Virus record (IMG/VR): IMGVR_UViG_3300044946_000428
Coordinates: 4,777 to 68,776 of that record
Reading direction: 5' to 3' (one strand)
Source of the DNA: a virus
DNA: 64,000 nt
The notes under the pieces: model-generated
The model's database searches: none
What the model was told of the DNA's origin: nothing
What the model saw: only the letters and a program-made list of their open reading frames with translations
Position numbers and translations under genes: made by a program
Shown here: positions 1-7,804 of the stretch, piece after piece
How the letters are laid out: each line of letters opens with the position of its first letter
How positions within the stretch are numbered: the first letter of the stretch is position 1

Positions 1-118
1 TCTCGCCGTTGATGGTGGCGAAGTCGTCCCGCTGGCCGCGCTCTTCCTGCGCGGCGCCCAGGGTGCTGCGAAACCGTGCGGCGAGATCACGGAGGGACTG
101 GTTCAACGCGGCGGGCAT
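1..118 (-). CDS. Hypothetical protein, truncated by the window edge
   Basis: ATG (cat at 116-118) just after the stop of the upstream minus-strand gene; frame MPAALNQSLRDLAARFRSTLG... stays open to the edge. Confidence 0.45.
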   Translation of the reverse strand, partial: MPAALNQSLRDLAARFRSTLGAAQEERGQRDDFATINGE

Positions 119-120
119 GG

Positions 121-315
121 TCAGTCCTGCCTTTCCTGGAACTCGCGGTACTCGTCTTCGGCGTCCTGGAGCCTGTCGCGCAGGGCGTCGACCTCGCGCA
201 GCAGCTCCCGCGCCATGTCCTCCCAGTCGCCGTCCACGACGTCGCCGTCGTGCTCCTCGGGGATCTCGCCGGCCGCGAGCGCGGCGCGGATCTGGGCTTC
301 ACGCTTCGGGTCCAT
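121..315 (-). CDS. Hypothetical protein (64 aa, acidic, coiled-coil C-terminus)
   Basis: MDPKREAQ...QERQD; GC3-rich codons; SD-like AGGAGG upstream; tight operon packing. Confidence 0.7.
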   Translation of the reverse strand: MDPKREAQIRAALAAGEIPEEHDGDVVDGDWEDMARELLREVDALRDRLQDAEDEYREFQERQD

Positions 316-317
316 GG

Positions 318-653
318 TCAAGCCTCCTTCTCGGCCCGGCGCTGGTCGCGGCCGTACTCGATGATGTCGTTGATGGTGGCGGGGTCGTTGTCGAGGATGC
401 CGGCGATGTCGTCCAAGACAGCGGCCATGCCATCGCCGTAGCCCGAGACCTCCCAGCCGACACCATCGGCGAGTCGAGCAAGCAGGATGACCCTCAACTC
501 GGCCGGGTCGTCCGGCAGCATCCTGTGCAGCAGGTCCGCGAGCCATCCTGCCGCGTCGGACACGCCGAGCGCGAAGGCCCCAGTCCCGTCGCCCAACTGC
601 TTCGCACGGTAGGACAGGGCCAGCAACTGGCGGGTGGACAAGGACTCCGTCAC
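318..653 (-). CDS. Hypothetical protein (111 aa)
   Basis: GTG start overlaps the TGA of the upstream gene (GTGA coupling). Confidence 0.65.
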   Translation of the reverse strand: MTESLSTRQLLALSYRAKQLGDGTGAFALGVSDAAGWLADLLHRMLPDDPAELRVILLARLADGVGWEVSGYGDGMAAVLDDIAGILDNDPATINDIIEYGRDQRRAEKEA

Positions 654-877
654 GAGTGCCTCAGGCTGCCACGGTTCGCAAGAACGGCGCGGGCGACGTC
701 GAGGGCGTACGGGTTGATGACGCCGTGGTCGTCGCCGTCCCAGGCATCTTCGAGCCACGCGGCGAGCGGGCCGCGGACCTCGATATCCACCGACTTGTTG
801 CCGGAACGCAGGGAGTCGACGGCGAGGCGGACGATGCCAGCCTCCACGTCGTCGGCGGTTATCGCGGTGTGCGCCAT
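650..877 (-). CDS. Hypothetical protein (75 aa)
   Basis: ORF MAHTAITADD...; AGGAGA upstream; translationally coupled to the next gene. Confidence 0.7.
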   Translation of the reverse strand: MAHTAITADDVEAGIVRLAVDSLRSGNKSVDIEVRGPLAAWLEDAWDGDDHGVINPYALDVARAVLANRGSLRHS

Positions 878-970
878 CGTCTAAGTCTCCTTCATGAGTG
901 GGCCGTGCTGGTGCTGGTCGGCGCGCGGCCCGGTTCCCGGGGAGATGGGCACCGGACCGCGCGGGGGCGG

Positions 971-1624
971 TCAGAGCGACGCGCGGTTGATGACTCGGAT
1001 GCTGCTGGCGATGACCGCCGTCACGCTCTCACCGTCAGAAACAACGGCGGTGTCGAGGCCCGCGCTCATCCACGGCCGACGGTCCACTGTCAGGGTCGTA
1101 CGGCGGCGGCCGATAAGCACGCCGTCGGTGTACACGCGGTACCAGGCCTCGACGGCGTCGCCACGCTCGATGGACTCGACGATCTCGATTCCTTTGAGGT
1201 GTCCGCGCTCCTGTGCGTCCTGGATCAGTTCTCCCTCGGCGGTCAGCAGGTCGCCGAGTTCGGCTCGCGTCTGGCAGCGCCCTTCGGCCGTGCAGGTCTT
1301 GCAGTTGGCGATGTGGGCACGTTGGGCGTCGAACGCGGCCTTGAATTGCGGCTCGGCGATGAAACTCTGCGTGGCGGTGCCGTCGGGCACCTCGTCGCTC
1401 GCGCCTGCCTCCTGGCAGTCGGAGATGTAGCTGCCGAGGAGCGCTTTGAGGACAACTAGGTCTGCGAGTTCGCCGGTGATGGTGAGGCTGCGCCCGTCGA
1501 AGGCTTGAGTCAGGGTGACGGCGTGGTCGCCGCGGGCGGTGCGCTCGAACCGGATCGAGCCGCGCACGGCGCCGTTCAGGTTGACGGTCTTGTCGTTGAC
1601 GGTCCGTGTCGTGGTGGCGGTCAT
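971..1624 (-). CDS. Hypothetical protein (217 aa) with a CxxC..C motif
   Basis: MTATTTRTVND...; GAGGGAG upstream; CKTC...C motif. Confidence 0.65.
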   Translation of the reverse strand: MTATTTRTVNDKTVNLNGAVRGSIRFERTARGDHAVTLTQAFDGRSLTITGELADLVVLKALLGSYISDCQEAGASDEVPDGTATQSFIAEPQFKAAFDAQRAHIANCKTCTAEGRCQTRAELGDLLTAEGELIQDAQERGHLKGIEIVESIERGDAVEAWYRVYTDGVLIGRRRTTLTVDRRPWMSAGLDTAVVSDGESVTAVIASSIRVINRASL

Positions 1625-1668
1625 CTTCGGCTCCCTCGGTTGCGACTTCTGCCTACAACTCAAACGTA

Positions 1669-1707
1669 CATCGCGCCTTTCTGTACGTCAAGGCGCGATG
1701 CTAGAAT
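1669..1707. promoter_or_regulatory. 11-bp inverted repeat (candidate operator) next to a TAGAAT -10 box in a divergent promoter region
   Basis: CATCGCGCCTT (1669-1679) N10 AAGGCGCGATG (1690-1700), followed by TAGAAT. Confidence 0.5.
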
Positions 1708-1714
1708 CGGCTCC

Positions 1715-1936
1715 ATGGACACCGAAGCTGTAGACCAGCAGATCACTGAGGCGCGAGCGAACCTCTCCGAACTCCTCGCCGCCGTCCGCATGCTCAACCG
1801 GCTCTACTTCCTGAACAGCCGCAACAAGCGCCAGGCCGCAGTCGTGCCGGCGCCGCTCGGTGAACTCATCGAGAGGGTGGGTGGCGTCGAGAGTGCGGCG
1901 GAGATCCTCAAGGCAAGGCTCGGAAATGACTCCTGA
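1715..1936 (+). CDS. Phd/YefM-like antitoxin-fold protein
   Basis: N-terminal ITEARANLSELL....YFLNSRNKRQAAVVP matches the Phd/YefM DNA-binding consensus. Confidence 0.7.
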   Translation: MDTEAVDQQITEARANLSELLAAVRMLNRLYFLNSRNKRQAAVVPAPLGELIERVGGVESAAEILKARLGNDS

Positions 1937-2399
1937 CGAGGCGACAGCGCTCTATCGGCTGTTCGACGGCAGCGGCATCCTGCTCTACGCCGGGATCTCC
2001 AATGAACCGCCTCGTCGCTGGCGAGAACACGCCTGCTCTGAGAGTTGGTGGTCGGATGTGCAAACGAAGACTGTGGAGTGGTTCGACTCTCGGGCAGCCG
2101 CTGGAGTCGCCGAGTCGACGGCAGTGGAATCGGAGAGACCGATCTACAACTGCACCCTCCCGGCCCGCGATGGATCGCCGAGTTATCGGCTTCTCGTGCC
2201 GAAACCCCGAAAGGGGGTAACGCCAACGCGGACGTTTAGTTCCCCCGACGACCTGTGGGAGCGCTTCGCAGACGCAGTGCGGAACAGCCCAGACCCCGAG
2301 GCCGACATGTCCAAGGTCCTGCGACAGTTCTGCCGCTGGTATGTCGGCGACCCTGGTGCGGAGTTGCCCAAGCGGCCAACTGATGCGACGGGCCAATAG
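1926..2399 (+). CDS. GIY-YIG nuclease fused to a C-terminal ribbon-helix-helix-like domain
   Basis: ALYRLFD..GILLYAGIS..P.RRW.EH...E....PIYN (GIY-YIG motifs); C-terminal TPTRTFSSPDDLWERF...VLRQFCRWYVG.PGAELP.RP resembles actinomycete RHH proteins. Confidence 0.75.
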   Translation: MTPDEATALYRLFDGSGILLYAGISNEPPRRWREHACSESWWSDVQTKTVEWFDSRAAAGVAESTAVESERPIYNCTLPARDGSPSYRLLVPKPRKGVTPTRTFSSPDDLWERFADAVRNSPDPEADMSKVLRQFCRWYVGDPGAELPKRPTDATGQ

Positions 2400-2503
2400 C
2401 GCCACTTCGGTCGAACACCAGGTCACAAGTCCGCAAAGCCGTCACGGCCCGTCAGCCCCCCGAGTACGGTCACGCTCGGTGGATTCCAACCTGAGGGGGA
2501 CTC

Positions 2504-3178
2504 ATGGAACAGCGACCCGACCAGCAGCCTGAGTACGGCCAGCCCGACCCGTACGAGCCGACGCGCAGCCGTGGCGGTTCGGCCCCGCCGTACACGCCGC
2601 AGGACCCGTACGCAGGCCACGCGCCGTACTCGACGGGCCAGCAGCAGTACTACGCCCAGCCGGCGCCGCCGAAGAAGAAGCGGGGCGCGCAGATCGCGGG
2701 GCTCGGGTGCGCAGGCGTGTTCGCACTCATCGTGATCATCGTTGTTGCGGCGGCCGTCAGCGGATCGAAGACCGGCAATACCGCCAGTACGGGCACGACC
2801 ACACCGCCGGCCACGGCCTCCACGACGGTCGCCGGACAGGGAGTACTCGCGAACGTCGCGACCACGGCCGCCCCGCCCGCCGCGCCCGCGAAGACGGTCG
2901 TGCTGACGAAGTCCGGCGAGGGCATCGAACAAACCCGGTCGTTCACCGTCGGGGACAACTGGTCGCTGACCTATACGTTCGACTGCTCGAACTTCGGAAT
3001 GCAGGGCAACTTCCAGGTCTACGAGGACTACCCGGACGGTAACGTCCTGGTGAACGCGCTCGCGAAGTCCGGGTCGGACACGACGTATCAGACCGGGGAC
3101 GCGGGCACGCACTCGCTTAAGATCAACTCGGAGTGCGCCTGGACCGTCAAGGTCACGGACGGCGACACCGGACAGTAG
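2504..3178 (+). CDS. Single-pass membrane protein (P/Q/Y-rich cytoplasmic N-terminus, TM helix, Thr-rich linker, beta-rich external domain); moron-like
   Basis: Hydrophobic IAGLGCAGVFALIVIIVVAAAV after KKKR; GAGGGGGA SD. Confidence 0.8.
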   Translation: MEQRPDQQPEYGQPDPYEPTRSRGGSAPPYTPQDPYAGHAPYSTGQQQYYAQPAPPKKKRGAQIAGLGCAGVFALIVIIVVAAAVSGSKTGNTASTGTTTPPATASTTVAGQGVLANVATTAAPPAAPAKTVVLTKSGEGIEQTRSFTVGDNWSLTYTFDCSNFGMQGNFQVYEDYPDGNVLVNALAKSGSDTTYQTGDAGTHSLKINSECAWTVKVTDGDTGQ

Positions 3179-3227
3179 GCGTACGCCTCGGCGGGGCGCC
3201 ACGGGCCTACGGGTTCCGCGGCGCCCC

Positions 3228-3578
3228 TCAGCCTTCGCGCGGCGGGTGTGACTCCTCAAGCTCCACGATGTCCGGGTGCATCTCCATCTCGTCCCACCCG
3301 GCGTACAGCCCGAACGCGCGGGGCGTCTCGCGCCGTGGCACTAGCCACTTGAGGATCGCGCCGCACGGAAGCCGTTGAAGCATCTCCGCCAACTCCCCGG
3401 CGTACAGGGACTCGCTGATCGGGATGTCGCGGCGCGGGATATCGATCGCGAGGACCGGGCCGCGCGAGAGCGAGTTCACGGTAGCGCGGACGTCGATGTA
3501 GCAGCGGATTTCGGTAAGGATTCGTTCCCGGTCCGGGCTGCCGCGCACGAGAATGAAGCACGCGGTGAACTCAGGCAT
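3228..3578 (-). CDS. Hypothetical protein (116 aa)
   Basis: ORF track; overlaps the stop of the upstream minus-strand gene. Confidence 0.55.
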   Translation of the reverse strand: MPEFTACFILVRGSPDRERILTEIRCYIDVRATVNSLSRGPVLAIDIPRRDIPISESLYAGELAEMLQRLPCGAILKWLVPRRETPRAFGLYAGWDEMEMHPDIVELEESHPPREG

Positions 3579-3912
3579 CGGTGCTCCTGTAGTTCGCCAT
3601 CACGCTGATCAGTGCATTGAGGTTGTCGTTGACGCTGCCGAAGCCGAACAGCGCGCCTTCCCTCGCGGCCTGGTGGATCGCCCGCTTCTGTCCGTCATCG
3701 AGCGACTCGAGGAACGCTTCTTCCGGGGAGACGTATCGGGCGTACGTGATCTCGATCCGTTCCGGGGCACTTCCGAAGCCGGCCGCTTTGACGATTGCCG
3801 CCACCCGCTCGGCCATGGTTTGCATCGTGGCGCCCGACGCCGACGCCGGGTTCGCCGCGCAGTACGCGTCGACCGCGTCGGAAGCGGCACGGGCAGCCTC
3901 GCCCTGGTCCAT
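3571..3912 (-). CDS. Hypothetical protein (113 aa)
   Basis: MDQGEAARAA... preceded by AGGAGG; TGATG coupling. Confidence 0.65.
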   Translation of the reverse strand: MDQGEAARAASDAVDAYCAANPASASGATMQTMAERVAAIVKAAGFGSAPERIEITYARYVSPEEAFLESLDDGQKRAIHQAAREGALFGFGSVNDNLNALISVMANYRSTDA

Positions 3913-4193
3913 CAGCGCCCTCCTCGGCGTGCGATCCTTGCAGTCCCCGCCGTACCGCCCGTCGTCGTACATGGCCAGGAACTCGGCGGCATCGGCCGGC
4001 CGGGTTTGCGCGAGGTGCCGCAGTTCGCCGATACAAGCCGCGGTGGCGCCGTTGCGGCGCCGGAACCAGACCGCACCCACCCGGCCCAGTAGTACGCGCC
4101 GTTGACGCCCTGGGACGGCTCCGAGACGTGCAGACTGGCAAGGTCGACCGCGTAGGGGCGGTGCGACTGGACGAACTTGGCCTCACGCAGCAT
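3912..4193 (-). CDS. Hypothetical protein (93 aa); 3' half may be frameshifted
   Basis: MLREAKFVQ... with GAGGGAGG upstream; codon bias appears to move to another frame near 4080. Confidence 0.4.
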   Translation of the reverse strand: MLREAKFVQSHRPYAVDLASLHVSEPSQGVNGAYYWAGWVRSGSGAATAPPRLVSANCGTSRKPGRPMPPSSWPCTTTGGTAGTARIARRGGR

Positions 4194-4707
4194 CGCCCGC
4201 ACCTCCCTCAGCCGGACTGTCGTCGACCTTCCGCATCCACTCCTTAACCGGCGCCAGCGCACGGGCCTTGAGTTCGACCATGTACGCGAGGAGATCTTCG
4301 GGACGAACCAGGTCGCCATCGCCGGCCGCCTGCTGGATGTAGCCGAGCAACTCCGCCCACGCGCTGCCCCAGTCCGCACCAGGTGGCTGCCTGTCGAGCC
4401 ACGCCTTCATGGACGCCTTGTCGATGGACGGACTCGTCATCTCGCCGACCGGCGGATCACCCGCCTGCCACGGACCCACCCGGCGCCAGACCACCTCGGA
4501 GCGCTCCTCGGCCTGCCAGTGCTCGTCCTCGTCTGAGATCTCGCCGAGCATCCGCGCCCGGTCCGCCTCCGCGTGGATCCGGTGCGGGGAGGTCCGGCCG
4601 AGGGTGACGCCTTCGTCGCTGAAGTCGCCGTCCCCGTAGATCGCTACGCACCATTCGCGGTGCTGCTCGTCCGCGCCGAGCCACTCGCCTTCGTCGATAC
4701 GGGGCAT
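4183..4707 (-). CDS. Hypothetical protein (174 aa)
   Basis: MPRIDEGEWLG...; GAGGAGG SD; GC3-rich. Confidence 0.7.
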   Translation of the reverse strand: MPRIDEGEWLGADEQHREWCVAIYGDGDFSDEGVTLGRTSPHRIHAEADRARMLGEISDEDEHWQAEERSEVVWRRVGPWQAGDPPVGEMTSPSIDKASMKAWLDRQPPGADWGSAWAELLGYIQQAAGDGDLVRPEDLLAYMVELKARALAPVKEWMRKVDDSPAEGGAGDAA

Positions 4708-4727
4708 GGTTGCCTCCTCGTTGCCGG

Positions 4728-5210
4728 TCACTGCTCGCTGTCTTCCTCGCTGATGCCGCCGAGCTCGTCGATCTCCCCGCCGCTGAGGCTCGACAAGGCC
4801 GAGACTCGCCCCTTAGCCGTTCCGTCGAGTGACGCCAACGTGGACTGCACGCGTGCCACGGTCCGCGCATCGAAGTCCGCGAGTGCGCGCCGCTTGTGGA
4901 ACGCCAGCCGGCCACGTCTGGTCAACGCCGCGCGGTCCACGACATCCAGCCCGCCACCGATCCTCCGGTACGGGTTGGTGCCGCCGTTCCGCCCACGCGA
5001 CCAGAGCGGCTTCCAGCAGTAGACGCAGTTCTCGAAGTGCACGTCGGTGTGGTGCGGGACGTGGTAGCCGCGGATCCAGCACATGGGGCGCCAAAGGTGG
5101 GTTTGGCCGTGGTCGCTGAAGTGCCACCAGATCCGGTGGAGCCGTCGTCCGGGTTGCAGGCTTTGAGTAATCCAACTGGTGCCAAGACGATCCCGAGTAC
5201 TGCCGCTCAC
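4728..5210 (-). CDS. Hypothetical protein with a His/Cys cluster (CxxRGYH...CxxC)
   Basis: GTG start coupled to the upstream TGA; CWIRGYH..H...CVYC. Confidence 0.55.
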   Translation of the reverse strand: MSGSTRDRLGTSWITQSLQPGRRLHRIWWHFSDHGQTHLWRPMCWIRGYHVPHHTDVHFENCVYCWKPLWSRGRNGGTNPYRRIGGGLDVVDRAALTRRGRLAFHKRRALADFDARTVARVQSTLASLDGTAKGRVSALSSLSGGEIDELGGISEEDSEQ

Positions 5211-5581
5211 GCCCGCTCTCCCGTCCCGCCCTGCGCCGCACGGAACGCCATCACGTCGGCGGGCGTCATACCGTTCACCTTCACGTGCGGGGCCGCCTCC
5301 CGTGCCAGCTCGAGAGCATCCTCGAGGCCGAATCGGTGGGTGGCGAGCCAGTCGTCATCGTCGTTGCGGCAGCCCGGGTCGAGGTCCCATGTGCCGCCCG
5401 CGTTGAGCGTGAAGATGCCCCGCTGGGTCACGGCCCACCGGCCGCGCATCCGGTACTCGACGGTGACCGCCCACATGGAGAAGTCGTCGTCCTCCTCGGG
5501 CAGGCATGTGATGGTGTACCGGCTGGTCATCTGATGGGCGACGGTGCCGGGGATTGGCAGTTTCGCGGCAGCTGCGGTCAT
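5207..5581 (-). CDS. Hypothetical phage protein (124 aa)
   Basis: MTAAAAK...WAVTVEYR..GRWAV...HRF.LEDALELAREAAP..VNG, a pattern I associate with actinophage early proteins. Confidence 0.7.
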   Translation of the reverse strand: MTAAAAKLPIPGTVAHQMTSRYTITCLPEEDDDFSMWAVTVEYRMRGRWAVTQRGIFTLNAGGTWDLDPGCRNDDDDWLATHRFGLEDALELAREAAPHVKVNGMTPADVMAFRAAQGGTGERA

Positions 5582-5714
5582 GTTCCATTCTCTCTCAAAG
5601 TTGGCTTTGACGTGCGGTTTCTTCCTAATCGCCGGACCTGCGCCAGCGTCCGTTTCGGTAACAGTCCGGCCCGTCCTCGTGTCCGCGCGACCGTATGGCG
5701 GGTACGTTGGGGCT

Positions 5715-5924
5715 ATGACCGCCGTAACCTTCGACGTCCCCGCGCTCGTCGCCGAGGTCGCCCAGGACCAGGACGGGCGTTGCGCTCTCCAGGCCGCGCT
5801 GACCGAGGCCGCGATCGACCACATCCGGCGCAACCACCCAGACCAGCTCGCGGACGTCGTCTCCCGGATCGTCGTGGAGATCGACCGGCCAGTCCTCGAG
5901 GCCTCCGGCTTCCACGGTGCCTGA
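5715..5924 (+). CDS. Small helical protein (69 aa), putative partner/antitoxin of the downstream Doc-like gene
   Basis: MTAVTFDVPAL...; overlaps the start of the Doc-like gene by 8 nt; opposite strand to flanking genes. Confidence 0.55.
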   Translation: MTAVTFDVPALVAEVAQDQDGRCALQAALTEAAIDHIRRNHPDQLADVVSRIVVEIDRPVLEASGFHGA

Positions 5925-6285
5925 CCGGCCGGCACGCTGGCTGCCGTCCGCAAGGGAGCTCGATGCAATCGCCCGCAACCTCGGGGTGAAGGCTGGGCCC
6001 GAACCGGAGGGGATCCTCGCGCACCTCGCTGGCGCGGTCGCCGACACGGAAGAGCCGACGACCGTGTACGCGGCCGGGCTCCTGTACAAGCTGGTACTCA
6101 TGACGCGCCCGTACGGCGGGGACTCGTGGGCGTACGCACTCGAGGCGGCGCGGGTCGTGCTGCTGGCGAACGGGCATCCGGCGGCCAGGATCAGCCAGGA
6201 GCGTTCCGAACGGCTGCGTGCCGATGTGGAGTCCGGCGCGCTCACGGCCGCCGTGGAAATCGGGCGAAGACTGCTGGACCTGTAG
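5917..6285 (+). CDS. Fic/Doc-fold protein with a degenerate catalytic motif
   Basis: AAGLLYKLVLMTRPYGGDSWAYALEAARVVLLANG aligns by eye to the Doc core AA.LLH.L...HPF.DGNKRTA......FL.LNG. Confidence 0.55.
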   Translation: MPDRPARWLPSARELDAIARNLGVKAGPEPEGILAHLAGAVADTEEPTTVYAAGLLYKLVLMTRPYGGDSWAYALEAARVVLLANGHPAARISQERSERLRADVESGALTAAVEIGRRLLDL

Positions 6286-6309
6286 CGCGCCGTCGTGGAC
6301 GAGAGCAAG

Positions 6310-6462
6310 GTGACTGACGTGGACGAGCAGCCGCAACCCGCCGAAGTCCCCGCGTGGGAACTCGAGGCCAAGCCCGATTTCGACGGGCCGATGCGCGCCT
6401 TCCTGTGCCCGGCCGACGATGAGGAACCGCCGGACGGGGCGGCGGTTCCAGCGCTCACGTAG
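6310..6462 (+). CDS. Possible 50-aa acidic microprotein
   Basis: GTG...TAG open frame VTDVDEQPQ...PALT after GAGAG; below the ORF-track cutoff. Confidence 0.3.
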   Translation: MTDVDEQPQPAEVPAWELEAKPDFDGPMRAFLCPADDEEPPDGAAVPALT

Positions 6463-6466
6463 ACGG

Positions 6467-7579
6467 TCACGGCGAGTCGCCGTGCTCGAAGCGGGCCGAG
6501 CGTGCGGCGCGATAAGCGTCCGGTACGCCAGGGAATCGGTTCATCTGCTGATACGACTCGCAGGGCGTCAGCCAGGGCTCGTCGCCCATTTGGTAGGCAG
6601 TGGCCCCGCTGATGTCGAGCTGCTCAGGGGCACCAAGGTCGACGAACCCGCCGAAGCCCCAGTACGCATCGCCAACACACTCGCTCGCGTCGGAGATGTG
6701 GCCCTCTCGGATAGCTTCTTGCGCCCAGTCCTCGTCCGCCCAGAGGCCGAGCCAACCAAGGTCGCGGTCCTTCGCGGGAGGATTCGGGATCGGGCCAAGC
6801 AGCAGGATCGTCGGCGCGTTGGGCACGGAAGCACCGGGCAGGTGTACGGCGGCGCGAGCCATCAGGTCGTGGTCAAGGTCCGCCTCGCTGCCCTTCACCT
6901 CGACCCATGTGCCGCAGTCCATAAGGAGAAAGTCGGGCAGGTAGGGCGTGGAGGCACCCAGTGCGCACGGAATCATGAATCCCTGCGGCTCGTACTCCCA
7001 GCGAATCCCAAGGGTGTCGAAGAACACGGCCCATCGAGCCTCAAGGCGAGAACGGAAGCGGCAGCCGGCATATCGGGTCTCGATCGGCTGGATTGTTGCC
7101 GCACTCGGCCGGGACTTGCCCGGGCGGGTGGGGGCGTCGATGGTCTCGGACGCGACACGGCTGGGATTCATCGAGTCCGCGCTTCCGGTCGGCGGCCATT
7201 CGAACAGGATCGCCTCGGAGGCGCTCGCCAGGGCGCCGATCTCGTTGCGGAGCGTCTCGACGCTGCCGTCCCACCCGATCTGCACTAGTCGATCGAGGCC
7301 AGCGCTGATTTCGACGGTGGTCCAGTGGTCCTGCCTGTAGATCAGGAAGAGCGCATCCAAGACGGACGCCGGATCGATGCTGGGGAACTTGCTCGCGTAG
7401 GCCTGAGTGAGTTCGGTTGCGTATTTCCGGTTCAAGCTCTCAAGTCCAGCGAGTTGCCTGGCAACCTCTGCCGCGGCTTCGTCCGTCAACTCGCCTGCGG
7501 GGTCGCTGTAGCTCTTCCAGGGCGGGGCCGGAAGGTTCCGAGGAACGTCGGCCTCGTCGGTTGGCTGGGGCGTAGTCAT
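6467..7579 (-). CDS. Protein with a C-terminal PD-(D/E)XK nuclease domain
   Basis: IETRYAGCRFRSRLEARWAVFFD.LGIRWEYEPQG...YLPDF...VEVKG motif. Confidence 0.8.
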   Translation of the reverse strand: MTTPQPTDEADVPRNLPAPPWKSYSDPAGELTDEAAAEVARQLAGLESLNRKYATELTQAYASKFPSIDPASVLDALFLIYRQDHWTTVEISAGLDRLVQIGWDGSVETLRNEIGALASASEAILFEWPPTGSADSMNPSRVASETIDAPTRPGKSRPSAATIQPIETRYAGCRFRSRLEARWAVFFDTLGIRWEYEPQGFMIPCALGASTPYLPDFLLMDCGTWVEVKGSEADLDHDLMARAAVHLPGASVPNAPTILLLGPIPNPPAKDRDLGWLGLWADEDWAQEAIREGHISDASECVGDAYWGFGGFVDLGAPEQLDISGATAYQMGDEPWLTPCESYQQMNRFPGVPDAYRAARSARFEHGDSP

Positions 7580-7620
7580 TGCAGGGTTCCCTTCGGCTCG
7601 AGGTATGGACGCGTGGACGA

Positions 7621-7802
7621 GCTATGTACGCATGTACGGAAGTACATAGCCCCCGGGTTGTGCGCGCCCGTGAAAAGCAGATCATGTCCATTTTCTATAT
7701 ATTTAGAGCGGTTCTGAAGGGCCGATTCGATCGCAACCCAGGGGGGGCATGTACGCGCGTACATGCGTACATGGCGTACATGCCGACCTCCGATGTACAT
7801 GA
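7621..7802. other. Candidate replication origin: ATGTAC/GTACAT iterons flanking an AT-rich core
   Basis: 8 sites (7624, 7632, 7642, 7749, 7759, 7767, 7776, 7793) around CATTTTCTATATATTTAG, directly downstream of the helicase-like gene. Confidence 0.55.
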
Positions 7803-7804
7803 GA

